Source: Anaerolineae bacterium (GTDB lineage Bacteria; Chloroflexota; Anaerolineae; UBA7937). Taken from it: a stretch of DNA of 64,000 nt. The notes below the pieces were generated by a model. The model ran no database searches. It worked only from the letters and a program-made list of their open reading frames with translations, and was not told where the DNA came from. Made by a program: the position numbers and the translations under genes. The stretch is taken from the NCBI GenBank assembly GCA_034419095.1, contig DAOULQ010000005.1, positions 1,024 through 65,023 of the forward strand, in the 5' to 3' direction. Shown piece after piece: positions 45,652 through 54,694 of this stretch. The first letter of the stretch is position 1. Each line of letters begins with the position of its first letter.

Positions 45652-45677
45652 TTCCGTCAAGGATCCCTGCGGGAAAA
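45652..45677 (+). repeat. REP-like word TTCCGTCAAGGATCCCTGCGGGAAAA (copy C)
   Basis: See copy A. Confidence 0.7.
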
Positions 45678-45824
45678 GAAGCAAGAGGCCGACCTTGATA
45701 TACCTTCATCGGGTTGGGGAGTACGCTGAGGAACTGCTACCTGCGGAGGTTTGGAGATTGAAAGAAAGCCAGAGGAGGACCACAAGCAGGCATCACGAGC
45801 TCAAGCGTCAACTACTCGTAATCT

Positions 45825-45848
45825 CTTCCCGTAGGGATCCTGTAAGGA
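45825..45848 (+). repeat. REP-like word CTTCCCGTAGGGATCCTGTAAGGA (copy D, diverged)
   Basis: See copy A. Confidence 0.55.
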
Positions 45849-46370
45849 CAAGCGGCTGAGCGAATGCAGAGCCTCGAGACTACTGCGTGCGGCCAAGCCG
45901 AAACCTGGAGAGCCTGGATTTTGATTAGAAGCGCCTTGTGTTGGAAGCCCTAGACGTTCAAGCTATCGTGGACGGCAAGAAGGTTATGATTAGAGGGTTT
46001 TTGCCTATTGGAAGCCCTTCGTTCATCCCTGCGTCCTTTACACCAACATGTAGCCATTCCAGGGAAAAACACCCCACCATTGCCTTTGAGTTGGCGGCAA
46101 TGCTGGCCTAAAGATCGCAGTAACTAGGACATGAAGACAGAGGAGCTTATCGAGTACGCCTATACGGAGATCCCTGCGAGGCCCAAGCCCTTTTGCTGGG
46201 AGAGAGGGTCGCTCTGTTGGAGGGTGAACTAGGGTGCGCGGTGCGGCGGTACTGGTGCGCGCGTTCGAATCCCCGGAGGAATTCAGAATAAAGGCGCGCA
46301 CCCTAGAACTGGTCTTCGCCTAAGCCTGCTGGCGTAGTGTGAGTGAGAAGCATGGGAAGGGGGATTGAGA

Positions 46371-46798
46371 CTGGCTGTGCATTCCGCAGAAAGATGGATT
46401 AGCCTTCGAGCTGGAACTGTGCCTGGCGTGATCTCTCCAATGCAGTGTGAGTGAGAAGCAAAGGGAGAAGGATTCAGGGCGAGAAGATTGAATCTTGCGT
46501 TGGCGAAATCTATCTGTTGTCTGCGTGAAGACCGAACCAATCTAAAAACGATAGGCTTTTGACCTTCACAATCGAGATTAGTCTACCATGTGACTGAAGG
46601 ACTCGCAAGAATCGAAGCAAATAGCGAATAGATATAAAGCATGTGAGGTCGAGATTGCACCCACAACATCCTGGTGTTATAGATGCAATATTAGGTTACC
46701 TTTCGAGGTGCAACTCGAATTAGAACCCGGGGGTACAGGGGTGGGACGCAGAGGAGCCAAGAGTGGCTCCTCTCTCATATCTCACGAAAGGAGGACCC
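46371..46798 (+). repeat. conserved non-coding leader, copy 2 (paralogue of 32416-32772)
   Basis: Homology with copy 1 starts sharply at CTGGCTGTGC. It carries an extra ~125-nt insert and ends with the perfect hairpin GAGGAGCCA-AGAG-TGGCTCCTC just before the RBS. Upstream, 46330-46370 partly duplicates an internal block (GTGTGAGTGAGAAGCA.GGGA). Confidence 0.8.
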
Positions 46799-48034
46799 AT
46801 GAAAGATGAAACAGTAGGGGCAAGTCAAAGCCAAGACGTTGCTGATCAATTCGAGGTTGTAGGGATAGACGCTGCCTTGCTACTGGAGGAGAAATCCCTT
46901 GGCCGAGTGCTGAGGGCGGTTGAGAATCTCGGCAAGGACAGGAAGTACCTCATCCTCACCCTCGAAGGCGATAGCACTGAAGAGGCAGCCAAAGCTTTTG
47001 TGAAGGACTTCGGGCTAGCTGCCAGCGAGATTAGGCAACTATCTCGAAGGATCGATGAAGCCCCAGTCCTCATTGGCAGCGTCCTGGGTCGAGACGGAGA
47101 CTGGACTCTGGCAGAGAAGATCGTGGCTGGAAAGAAGATCCTCCACCTGGCAAAGCGAAGAAGTCCCTTCATCAGTGTATTCAAACCTCCCCGGGGGGTA
47201 GTCTGTCACAGGTTCCACAAACTAGTCCTGGGAACCGAATGCCCCTATGACTGCTCCTATTGCTACCTCCAACTTACATTCCGGATGGCTCCATACACCA
47301 GGCAGTACCTCAACCTGGAGGACCTGTGGCAAGAAATGGAAAGGCTCAACAGGAAGATAAACAAGCCCATACTCCTGAATACGGGCGAGCTGGCGGATCC
47401 ATTGGCGACGGATCACATCACAGGTATCGTGAATGAAGTGGTCTCTCAGATGTGGAAATATGAGAGGCTGCAATTGCTCCTCCCAACCAAGAGTGCAAAC
47501 GTTGACCATCTACAACCGGTGGATAATGGACGAGTGGTCTTTAGCGTGAGCCTGACAACCCCAGAGAATGCCAAGGAGTTCGAACATGGGGCTGCAGAAC
47601 CCTACGATCGGATTGAGGCTCTGAGTATGGCTGAAATGAAGGGTTACAGGACGCGATGCAGGATTGACCCTATCATCTGCGGGAATGAGGATTGGGAAAC
47701 AGACTATAGAAGATTGATAGAGGCCCTCTTTGAAAAGGGCAAGGTTGAGATGATAACGTTAGGCCAGCCAAGGTTCCATCCTCCCCTTCTGAACTTGGTT
47801 CGTAAGCGCTATCCAGAGGCTGGTCAGGTCCTGTCCAGGCTTCCACCTTGGCCTGGCATGGAGACATCCCTGGCTGGTAACCCAAGTGACAGGATTGACG
47901 TCTATCGGAAGATATTGAGCATGATCGATGAGCATAGCCGGGGAAATCGTCCTCTCATGATGATGTGCAAGGAAGACCCTGCCACTGTGCGAGCCCTCAA
48001 CTTTAAGTATCGGAGATGCAATTGTCTGGCGTAG
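46799..48034 (+). CDS. radical SAM enzyme of the spore-photoproduct-lyase-like (SplB/COG1533-type) family with ~150-aa N-terminal extension
   Basis: Start at MKDETVG with AGGAGG upstream (411 aa). CxxxCxxC cluster motif in LGTECPYDCSYCYLQL. The downstream TIM-barrel-like region resembles SPL-family proteins. Confidence 0.7.
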   Translation: MKDETVGASQSQDVADQFEVVGIDAALLLEEKSLGRVLRAVENLGKDRKYLILTLEGDSTEEAAKAFVKDFGLAASEIRQLSRRIDEAPVLIGSVLGRDGDWTLAEKIVAGKKILHLAKRRSPFISVFKPPRGVVCHRFHKLVLGTECPYDCSYCYLQLTFRMAPYTRQYLNLEDLWQEMERLNRKINKPILLNTGELADPLATDHITGIVNEVVSQMWKYERLQLLLPTKSANVDHLQPVDNGRVVFSVSLTTPENAKEFEHGAAEPYDRIEALSMAEMKGYRTRCRIDPIICGNEDWETDYRRLIEALFEKGKVEMITLGQPRFHPPLLNLVRKRYPEAGQVLSRLPPWPGMETSLAGNPSDRIDVYRKILSMIDEHSRGNRPLMMMCKEDPATVRALNFKYRRCNCLA

Positions 48035-48058
48035 GCCGCTAACAAGAAAGGAGGCCAA

Positions 48059-48538
48059 ATGAATGAGCAAGACCTAAAGATTGTTAGGGAACTCTTCAAC
48101 AGGGCAAAGGAGAACTTTGAGCGGGATGGCTACCTAGCACCAGTCCTCTTTGCCTGGGCAATGGGTCGGCCCCCGACGATCAGCTTCATTAAGGGCAATC
48201 TCCACAACATCTTGCCAGGTATGTGCGACACTCTACGGCTCTTGGGCTATGACAGGTTCGCCCTCATAATCGAAGGATGGATCGTTATGGGTGAAGAGAA
48301 CCTCAAAGACATCGAGCGTTGGGTGGGAAGGATGGGAGAGCATCCAAAGGCACAAACCTCTATCCAGATCGTCTTCGTTAGCCCAGAAGAGACCTATGGC
48401 AAGTTTGCCGTCTATGACGAGACCGAGGCCGATTGGGTCTTAGTCAAAGAGGTAGAAGCAGCGCCAGATTGGACCCTAGCTGGTCTTCTGATAGAGGCGA
48501 TGAAGGGGAGTGTAGATGGAGAAGACACAGAGTGGTAG
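48059..48538 (+). CDS. hypothetical 159-aa protein (paralogous pseudogene at 32773-33253)
   Basis: AAAGGAGG RBS, 24 nt after the radical SAM stop. No recognisable motif. Confidence 0.7.
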   Translation: MNEQDLKIVRELFNRAKENFERDGYLAPVLFAWAMGRPPTISFIKGNLHNILPGMCDTLRLLGYDRFALIIEGWIVMGEENLKDIERWVGRMGEHPKAQTSIQIVFVSPEETYGKFAVYDETEADWVLVKEVEAAPDWTLAGLLIEAMKGSVDGEDTEW

Positions 48539-48574
48539 GGGATTCGCGCAAATGAGTGTCATGTAGGTAGAGCA

Positions 48575-48700
48575 TGAGAGAACGAAAAGGCAATGAGCCC
48601 CTTCCATCCTCGCCCGGTCCGGGCTGCTGTAGCCCGCACGGACTCCTCGCACCCACGGGTAGGAAAGGATAGCCACGCCCTCAAGTATCTTCGCCCACCA
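48575..48700 (+). repeat. R3 left-part-like sequence (diverged, truncated)
   Basis: GAGAACGAAAAGGCAATGAGCCCCTTCCATCCTCGC...TCGCACCCACGG parallels GAGAACAGGAAAAGGCTAACGAACCCCCTCCGTCCTCACTCGAACCCA at 33290-33340. Confidence 0.45.
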
Positions 48701-48707
48701 TCCCTGC

Positions 48708-49223
48708 TCAGGCTGAAGGCGCCAGGTGGCAACAGCGCATGCTCATACGAACCATCAGCATGATCAAAGCCTCATCCCTTGGTCTATTTCCTTTCTGAAC
48801 CGCCCGAACTAGAGCATATTGTTCTCTTCTGGTCAGCCACTTCGGGGCGGTCCGCACCTCAGGAACTATACCGATCTCATCACAGGGATTGCCATCGGCA
48901 AGCCCCTGCTCCTGTGCCCACTCGCAGAAGGCGGATATGCTGGCAACTCTTCTGTTGACTGTGGCTGGCTTGAACCCCCGATCCTCCAAGAGGTAACGCT
49001 CATACTCTCTGAGATCGATCGGGGTTCTGGATTGTGGGGTTAGCTCTTCCTTATTGGTTTCGTAGAACCACTTGGCAAGGAGCTTGAGGTCACTAGAATA
49101 GGATTTGATGGTACGTTCCCTTCTGTCGTGTGAGGGCAGATGGTCGATGAATCGTCGGAGGAGTTCTGAGATCCGTTCAACCTGTCCCCTCCCCCGCAGC
49201 CTTTCCTGTTGACTACGTGACAT
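48708..49223 (-). pseudogene. truncated tyrosine recombinase (XerC/D-like N-terminal SAM-like domain only)
   Basis: 171 aa. The core-binding domain (TIKSYSSDLKLLAKWF...ATVNRRVASISAFCEWAQEQGL) runs into the start of the catalytic domain (RPRDEALIMLM), then gives way to unrelated residues and a stop. Confidence 0.7.
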
Positions 49224-49531
49224 TATCTTAGGCGTTTTTCTCGCCTTATCTAGTACATTGTAGCAGCGGTGTCAATACAGTCAACGCCATTTTCCTAAGA
49301 TGAGCATACTTATATGAGGAGATGTTCGATCGGGGGGCTGGGCCCGCAAAAGGCCACGGTGGGTGATAGGTTTTAGGGGTCATCGTGGCTACAGGAAAGA
49401 CAATCCTAACCGGCAACTTGGGCGACAGGCATGCTACACTGTCATATCGTAAAAAGCAGCCCCATCTGGCCTCAACATGCAGATGTCTCCACTGTCGAGC
49501 TTGTCGCATTTGACTAAGACATACCGGAATC

Positions 49532-49560
49532 TTGACAAGGCGATAGAGACATGGTATACT
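49532..49560 (+). promoter_or_regulatory. sigma-70-type promoter (TTGACA-17 nt-TATACT) for the regulator/catabolic cluster
   Basis: TTGACA at 49532-49537 and TATACT at 49555-49560, ~38 nt upstream of the regulator start. Confidence 0.55.
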
Positions 49561-49597
49561 TACTACTAAAGGCTAGAAAGGTTACTCAACACAAAGC

Positions 49598-50392
49598 ATG
49601 TTTTGGCGAATCAGCGAGGTGGCCGAAGCCATTGGTGTCAGTCCCAGTGTCTTGCGGTACTGGGAGAGCAGAGGGCTCATTGCCTCACGTCGTTCCTCGA
49701 AGGGATACAGGTTGTATTCGGAGAACGACATTACGCTTCTCAGGAAGGCCAAATATCTTCGAGAGGTCATGAAGATGAGCCTGACAAGTATAGCTCGTGT
49801 GCTTCACGAGCAAGCTAATGGCGAGCCACACGATTCCGAATCATCCTCGTCTTCAGCGGAGATTGGCAGGCGGCTGCGGGCAATCCGCAGGCGGAAACGT
49901 ATCTCTCTACGCGAGATTGCCGAGCAAAGTGGCCTCTCGACTTCCTTCATCAGTTTGTTTGAGCGAGGCCTTTCTAACATCGCGGTCGACAAGTTGCGTG
50001 GACTGGCAAGTGCATATGGAACGACCGTTGGCGAGCTGTTGGCATCCGAAGGCGAGAGTCCGCGAAGACGGGTGAAGCCCGCAGAAAGGCGCTACCTCGA
50101 AACAGGTGGTGTGAGGGTCGAAAACTTGTCACTTGGACCGTTGCGGTTAATGGAGCCACAACTATTCACTGTTGAACCGGGCGCGGGTAGTGAAGAAGCC
50201 TATGCACACGATGGAGAAGAATTCCTATTTGTGATGGAAGGTCGCTTCGACGTGTGGCTCGACGAGAAGGAGCACTATGAGCTTGAGGCTGGCGACAGTC
50301 TATACTTCCCTAGTTCTGTTCTGCATAGATGGAGCAATCCTGGTGAAAAGCCTGCCAGAATTCTGTGGGTGAACAGTCCACCTACGTTCTAG
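49598..50392 (+). CDS. three-module regulator: MerR-type HTH + XRE-type HTH + cupin sensor domain
   Basis: 264 aa. ISEVAEAIGVSPSVLRYWESRGLI (MerR HTH), ISLREIAEQSGLSTSFISLFERG (XRE HTH), and C-terminal cupin GEEFLFVMEGRFDVWL...GDSLYFPSSVLHRWSN. Confidence 0.8.
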   Translation: MFWRISEVAEAIGVSPSVLRYWESRGLIASRRSSKGYRLYSENDITLLRKAKYLREVMKMSLTSIARVLHEQANGEPHDSESSSSSAEIGRRLRAIRRRKRISLREIAEQSGLSTSFISLFERGLSNIAVDKLRGLASAYGTTVGELLASEGESPRRRVKPAERRYLETGGVRVENLSLGPLRLMEPQLFTVEPGAGSEEAYAHDGEEFLFVMEGRFDVWLDEKEHYELEAGDSLYFPSSVLHRWSNPGEKPARILWVNSPPTF

Positions 50393-50454
50393 CGACCGGT
50401 TACCTTATGAGAGACCTAGAGAAAGGAACACCAACCAAGTCGGCCGGCTCAGAG

Positions 50455-51825
50455 ATGGGTGATCGAAGAATCTCTTGTACCAGTGGCGGATGCATCGCGG
50501 TTTCGGACTGGGCCTTGGGAGAGCAAGCTGAAGATCTCATGCGCAGGCGCCTTGCCAATGTGCCGAGGGGAGTGTATTGGGCGCTTCCCATCTTTGCAGG
50601 TCATGCCCATGGCAGTAGTCTAACGGATATTGATGGAAGAGAGTATCTCGACTTTACTGGGGGCATCGGAGCGCTTAATGTAGGCCACTCAAATCCGGTT
50701 GTGATAGACGCGATCAAGCAGCAACTGGAGCGGTTTACACACACTTGCTTCCATGTGGCGATGTACGAGTCGTACATTGCGTTGGCCGAAACATTGAACC
50801 GGCTACTTTCCGGGCATGGCCCGCGCAAGACGATGTTTGCCAATAGCGGTGCTGAAGGTGTAGAGAATGCGGTAAAGATCGCCCGACACTTCACGTCGCG
50901 CTCGGCAATTATTTGTTTCGAACATGCATTTCACGGCCGCACTCTATTGACGATGAGCCTAACGGGAAGAGTCAGTCCTTTCAAGAAAGCCTTTGGCCCA
51001 TTCGCCCCAGAGATATACAGGGTATCATTCCCCTATTGCTACCGCTGCCCTAATAACCTTGCGTATCCGGAGTGTGACACACGTTGCTTTGATGACCTGG
51101 AGAAAGCGCTCGGCACCCGAGTTCCTGGGGACGAAGTGGCAGCGGTCATTCTCGAGCCCGTTCTGGGGGAGGGAGGATTCGTCGTGGTGCCAGCAGAGTA
51201 CATGGCGAAGTTAGAACGGCTGTGTCGAGCGAATGACATCTTGTTGATACTTGATGAGGTTCAGACGGGTTTTGGACGCACAGGCCGAATGTTTGCCTTT
51301 GAGCACTTCGGAGTTGAACCAGATATTGTGGTTGCGGGCAAATCGCTGGCCAGTGGGTTGCCCCTGAGTGGGATAACCGGACGGTCCGAAGTAATGGACT
51401 CGCCACAAGTGGGGGGACTAGGGGGGACATATGGAGGCAATCCTCTGGCCTGTGCGGCGGCTCTAGCCGTCATTGACGTGCTTGAAAAAGAACGGCTTGT
51501 GGATCGAGCGGGAGAGCTCGGTAGCAGAATCAAGAAGAGGTTTTTGGACCTCCGCGAGCGCTATCCCATCGTAGGAGATGTCAGAGGCCTTGGTGCAATG
51601 ATGGCAATAGAATTTGTTACGGACCGCGAAAGCAAGGTGCCGGCGAGTGAGGAAACACAACGGGTGGTGGCGAAGTGCTTCGAGAAGAAGTTGATGATCC
51701 TTACTTGTGGAACGTATGGGAACGTGATTCGACTTCTAGTTCCGCTCGTGGTGTCAGACAGTGATTTAGAGAGAGGACTGGATGTCTTGGAGCAATCGAT
51801 CGCTCAGGTGTCCCGGTCTGGCTAG
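50455..51825 (+). CDS. class-III PLP aminotransferase (GabT / diaminobutyrate transaminase DoeD-like); start uncertain (50365-50539)
   Basis: Region LMRRRLANVPRGV...DIDGREYLDFTGGIGALNVGH, DEVQTGFGRTG, and the Lys motif region VVAGKSLASG. Confidence 0.85.
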   Translation: MGDRRISCTSGGCIAVSDWALGEQAEDLMRRRLANVPRGVYWALPIFAGHAHGSSLTDIDGREYLDFTGGIGALNVGHSNPVVIDAIKQQLERFTHTCFHVAMYESYIALAETLNRLLSGHGPRKTMFANSGAEGVENAVKIARHFTSRSAIICFEHAFHGRTLLTMSLTGRVSPFKKAFGPFAPEIYRVSFPYCYRCPNNLAYPECDTRCFDDLEKALGTRVPGDEVAAVILEPVLGEGGFVVVPAEYMAKLERLCRANDILLILDEVQTGFGRTGRMFAFEHFGVEPDIVVAGKSLASGLPLSGITGRSEVMDSPQVGGLGGTYGGNPLACAAALAVIDVLEKERLVDRAGELGSRIKKRFLDLRERYPIVGDVRGLGAMMAIEFVTDRESKVPASEETQRVVAKCFEKKLMILTCGTYGNVIRLLVPLVVSDSDLERGLDVLEQSIAQVSRSG

Positions 51826-51923
51826 TGTTATAGCACCGCTTCCATGCACTTGTGCGAGGGGTCCACGGCCATGCGAAATCGCCCACGGACGGTTGGTGGC
51901 TCGCGTACAAGGGGGATTCTTAC

Positions 51924-53432
51924 ATGTATGACTATAGTAGAATGTTTATCAACGGCGACTGGGTTCCGGCGTCCGGCGAGCGTACGCGTGAGATCGTGAA
52001 TCCGGCCAATGGTGAGGCTGTCGCGGTTGTGGCAGAAGGCGGGTTGGAAGATGTGGACGAAGCAATCTCGGCTGCCAAGTCAGCGTTCGGAGATGGTCGC
52101 TGGTCAGGGCTGACTCCTAGCGACAGAGCGCGCTTTATCCACCGGGTTGCCGATCTTGCCGAAGAGCGAACCAAGGAGCTAGCAGAGTTGGAGTGCCTGA
52201 ACGTGGGCAAGCCTATTAAGTTAGCCAGGGACTCGGATATCCCACTCTCGGTAGACAATATCCGTTTCTTTGCGGCGGCAGCGCGCAACCTCGAGGGCAA
52301 GGCCGCGGGAGAGTACATGGATGGCTACACGAGCGCAATACGGCGTGAACCAATTGGCGTCGTCGGATCGATTGCTCCGTGGAACTACCCATTCATGATG
52401 GCGGTCTGGAAGATCATGCCGGCACTGGCCGCGGGCAACACGGTGGTGATCAAGCCAGCCAGTCTCACCCCATTGAGCACCTTGGCCTTGGCTCACATTT
52501 GTGAAGAAAGTGGGCTCCCGGCCGGCGTCCTCAACGTGGTGACTGGTCCGGGTGCTATTGTCGGTAGGCGGCTGTGTGAGCACAGAAGCGTTGCCATGGT
52601 CTCCGTCACAGGAGATACGGAGACAGGCAAGGCAGTGATGGCTACTGCCTCTGGCACGGTCAAGCGGGTACATCTGGAACTGGGAGGCAAGGCTCCGTTC
52701 ATCGTGTATGCGGATGCCGATATTGAAGCGGCAGCCAATGGCGCAGTGGTAGGGGGCTACATGAATTCGGGTCAGGACTGCACGGCCGCCGCTAGGGTCT
52801 ATGTTGAACGGCCGGCCTATGGCCAGTTCATGGAGTTGTTCATTGACAAGGCCAAGCAGATAAGGGTTGGTGATCCTCAGCTGGAGTCCACGGATATGGG
52901 CCCCCTCATCTCGGCCGAACACCGCGAAAGAGTGGAAAGTTACATCGACAAGGGAAACAAGTCAGGTGGCCGAATAGTAGTGGGCGGCGGACGCCCTGCA
53001 GGAAGACAATTCGCCAACGGATACTTCTTGGAGCCAACGGTCATCAGCGATCTTCAACAGGATTCCGAGATAGTCCAGGAGGAGATATTTGGGCCAGTCG
53101 TAGTAGTCTTGCCGTTTCGCACCGAGGAGGAGGTGTTGGCGAAGGCCAATGATGTTGTGTATGGGCTCGCTGCCTCTGTCTGGACCAAGGATATTCACAA
53201 GGCCATGAGGGCAGCTCGCAGCTTAGAGTTCGGCACCGTGTGGATCAACGACCACATTCCTTTGGCGTCGGAGATGCCTCATGGTGGGTTCAAAGAGAGC
53301 GGCTTCGGCAAGGATATGTCAGCGTATGCCGTAGAGGAATATACGAAGATAAAGCATGTCATGTTTGACTTGACTGGTGAAAAACGCAAGCCCTGGCACT
53401 ACACGGTATTTGGGGATAGGCTGCGAGATTGA
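51924..53432 (+). CDS. NAD(P)-dependent aldehyde dehydrogenase (DoeC-like position)
   Basis: Start at MYDYSRMFINGDWV with AAGGGGG upstream. ALDH motifs ELGGKAP and the catalytic Cys region NSGQDCTAA. Confidence 0.88.
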   Translation: MYDYSRMFINGDWVPASGERTREIVNPANGEAVAVVAEGGLEDVDEAISAAKSAFGDGRWSGLTPSDRARFIHRVADLAEERTKELAELECLNVGKPIKLARDSDIPLSVDNIRFFAAAARNLEGKAAGEYMDGYTSAIRREPIGVVGSIAPWNYPFMMAVWKIMPALAAGNTVVIKPASLTPLSTLALAHICEESGLPAGVLNVVTGPGAIVGRRLCEHRSVAMVSVTGDTETGKAVMATASGTVKRVHLELGGKAPFIVYADADIEAAANGAVVGGYMNSGQDCTAAARVYVERPAYGQFMELFIDKAKQIRVGDPQLESTDMGPLISAEHRERVESYIDKGNKSGGRIVVGGGRPAGRQFANGYFLEPTVISDLQQDSEIVQEEIFGPVVVVLPFRTEEEVLAKANDVVYGLAASVWTKDIHKAMRAARSLEFGTVWINDHIPLASEMPHGGFKESGFGKDMSAYAVEEYTKIKHVMFDLTGEKRKPWHYTVFGDRLRD

Positions 53433-53511
53433 GCTGGGGTGTCAACGCTGCCAGGAAGGCTAGCAATCAGCAGCTGATCGGTGAGCTTCAAACGAGGAAA
53501 GGAGCGAAAAA

Positions 53512-54666
53512 ATGCCCGTCGGAAACAAGTCGATGCGGATACTAGATTCATATCCAGGCTCTGGTGGGCCCTTACGTGAGGAGCGATATCGCAGAGCTAA
53601 GAAAGCCATGACCGAGGAAGGGTTGGAAGCGCTGGTCGTATTCTCTGGCGCTGCCATATCCGTCAGGGGGGACCTCCGTTTCTTCACGAACTACCACTCC
53701 CCTGATCTCTACAGTTGTGCGGTATTCCCCTTAGCGACTGATCCCATTCTACTCGTCCCCTACTCGGTCGAGCCCGAGTGGGCTCGGGATATGTCTTGGG
53801 TCACAGACATCAGGTATGTGCCCGACTACTCGGCAGGCATAGCGGAGGCGATTGTTGACTTGCCGGACCGTCCCACCAAGATTGGCCTCGTTGGCGAAGC
53901 GGTCGTGCCTCCTCATATCATCTCGGAGCTGCGGGGCCGCTTGCCTAGTGTGAATCTGGTTCCAGCGGACTCTCTTGTTTGGAGGCTCAGAATTGTTCTG
54001 ACCCCGATCGAAATCGAGCTATGCAGGGAATCAGCACGGATCGCCGACACTATACTCGCCCAGGTACAGAGTGTCCTGGAACCGGGTATGAATGAGAGGG
54101 AGATATTGGCGCATGCAGAATACGTTCGCACAATTGAAGGCGGCGAGGGAAGCTTACTACTAGTCGCTTCGACGCCGAGACTCATGCACTGGATTGCGCT
54201 AGACAGGACGATACAGGCCGGTGATCTCATTCAGTTGTCGGTAGAGCCGGTCGCGCCGGGGGGCTATTGGACACAAACCATTCGGATGTTCTCCCTTGGC
54301 GAACCGACGGAGGAAGCGACCAAAGCCTTCCAAGTCATAGCAGACGCAGAACAGCGGATCGCCCAGACTCTTGCCCCGGGCAAGCGATTGGGCGATGTGG
54401 CCAAGATGTGGAACGACATAGCAGGGAAGCACAGGTATCTCGGCGTTGCCAATGTTCCACTTGGCCACGGCATGGGATTGGATCTTGCCTATGGCTTTGG
54501 CCTCACACCTAACAACGACCTATTGGCAGAACCCGGGATGCTCGTAGTATTGCATCCGAACCTCTTCACTGAGCGATACGCGCTCATCTCTGGAAACACA
54601 TATCTAGTGACGGAGACGGGTGCTGAATGCCTGTCCAGCACACGAAAAGAACTGCTCGTAGTGTGA
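53512..54666 (+). CDS. M24-family metallopeptidase-fold hydrolase (creatinase/Xaa-Pro peptidase/ectoine hydrolase DoeA-like)
   Basis: 384 aa. GGAAAGGAG RBS. Pita-bread-fold C-terminal region with ...PLGHGMGLDL... and VLHPNLF. Confidence 0.8.
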   Translation: MPVGNKSMRILDSYPGSGGPLREERYRRAKKAMTEEGLEALVVFSGAAISVRGDLRFFTNYHSPDLYSCAVFPLATDPILLVPYSVEPEWARDMSWVTDIRYVPDYSAGIAEAIVDLPDRPTKIGLVGEAVVPPHIISELRGRLPSVNLVPADSLVWRLRIVLTPIEIELCRESARIADTILAQVQSVLEPGMNEREILAHAEYVRTIEGGEGSLLLVASTPRLMHWIALDRTIQAGDLIQLSVEPVAPGGYWTQTIRMFSLGEPTEEATKAFQVIADAEQRIAQTLAPGKRLGDVAKMWNDIAGKHRYLGVANVPLGHGMGLDLAYGFGLTPNNDLLAEPGMLVVLHPNLFTERYALISGNTYLVTETGAECLSSTRKELLVV

Positions 54667-54694
54667 CTCCCGTCAACGGGGAAAGGCGGCTGAA

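Noticed and set aside
45368-46182. Possible CRISPR array (repeats ending ...GGGAAAG, first pair 75 nt apart)
   Set aside because: The spacing is irregular (75, 209, 173, 340 nt) and the repeats are only ~24 nt long and degenerate. No cas genes are in the window. The same word occurs alone at 1684-1708 inside a REP cluster. It is more consistent with a REP-like dispersed word.
46240-46300. tRNA fragment / att remnant suggested by GTTCGAATCC (46263-46272)
   Set aside because: The flanking bases do not form a T-stem (GCGCG versus CCCCG) or an acceptor stem. There is no match to the tRNA-Arg 3' end (GGTTCGAATCCTGCTAGGGGCA).
52221-52922. 233-aa antisense ORF inside the aldehyde dehydrogenase gene
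   Set aside because: It is a GC-rich antisense shadow of a gene with clear ALDH motifs.
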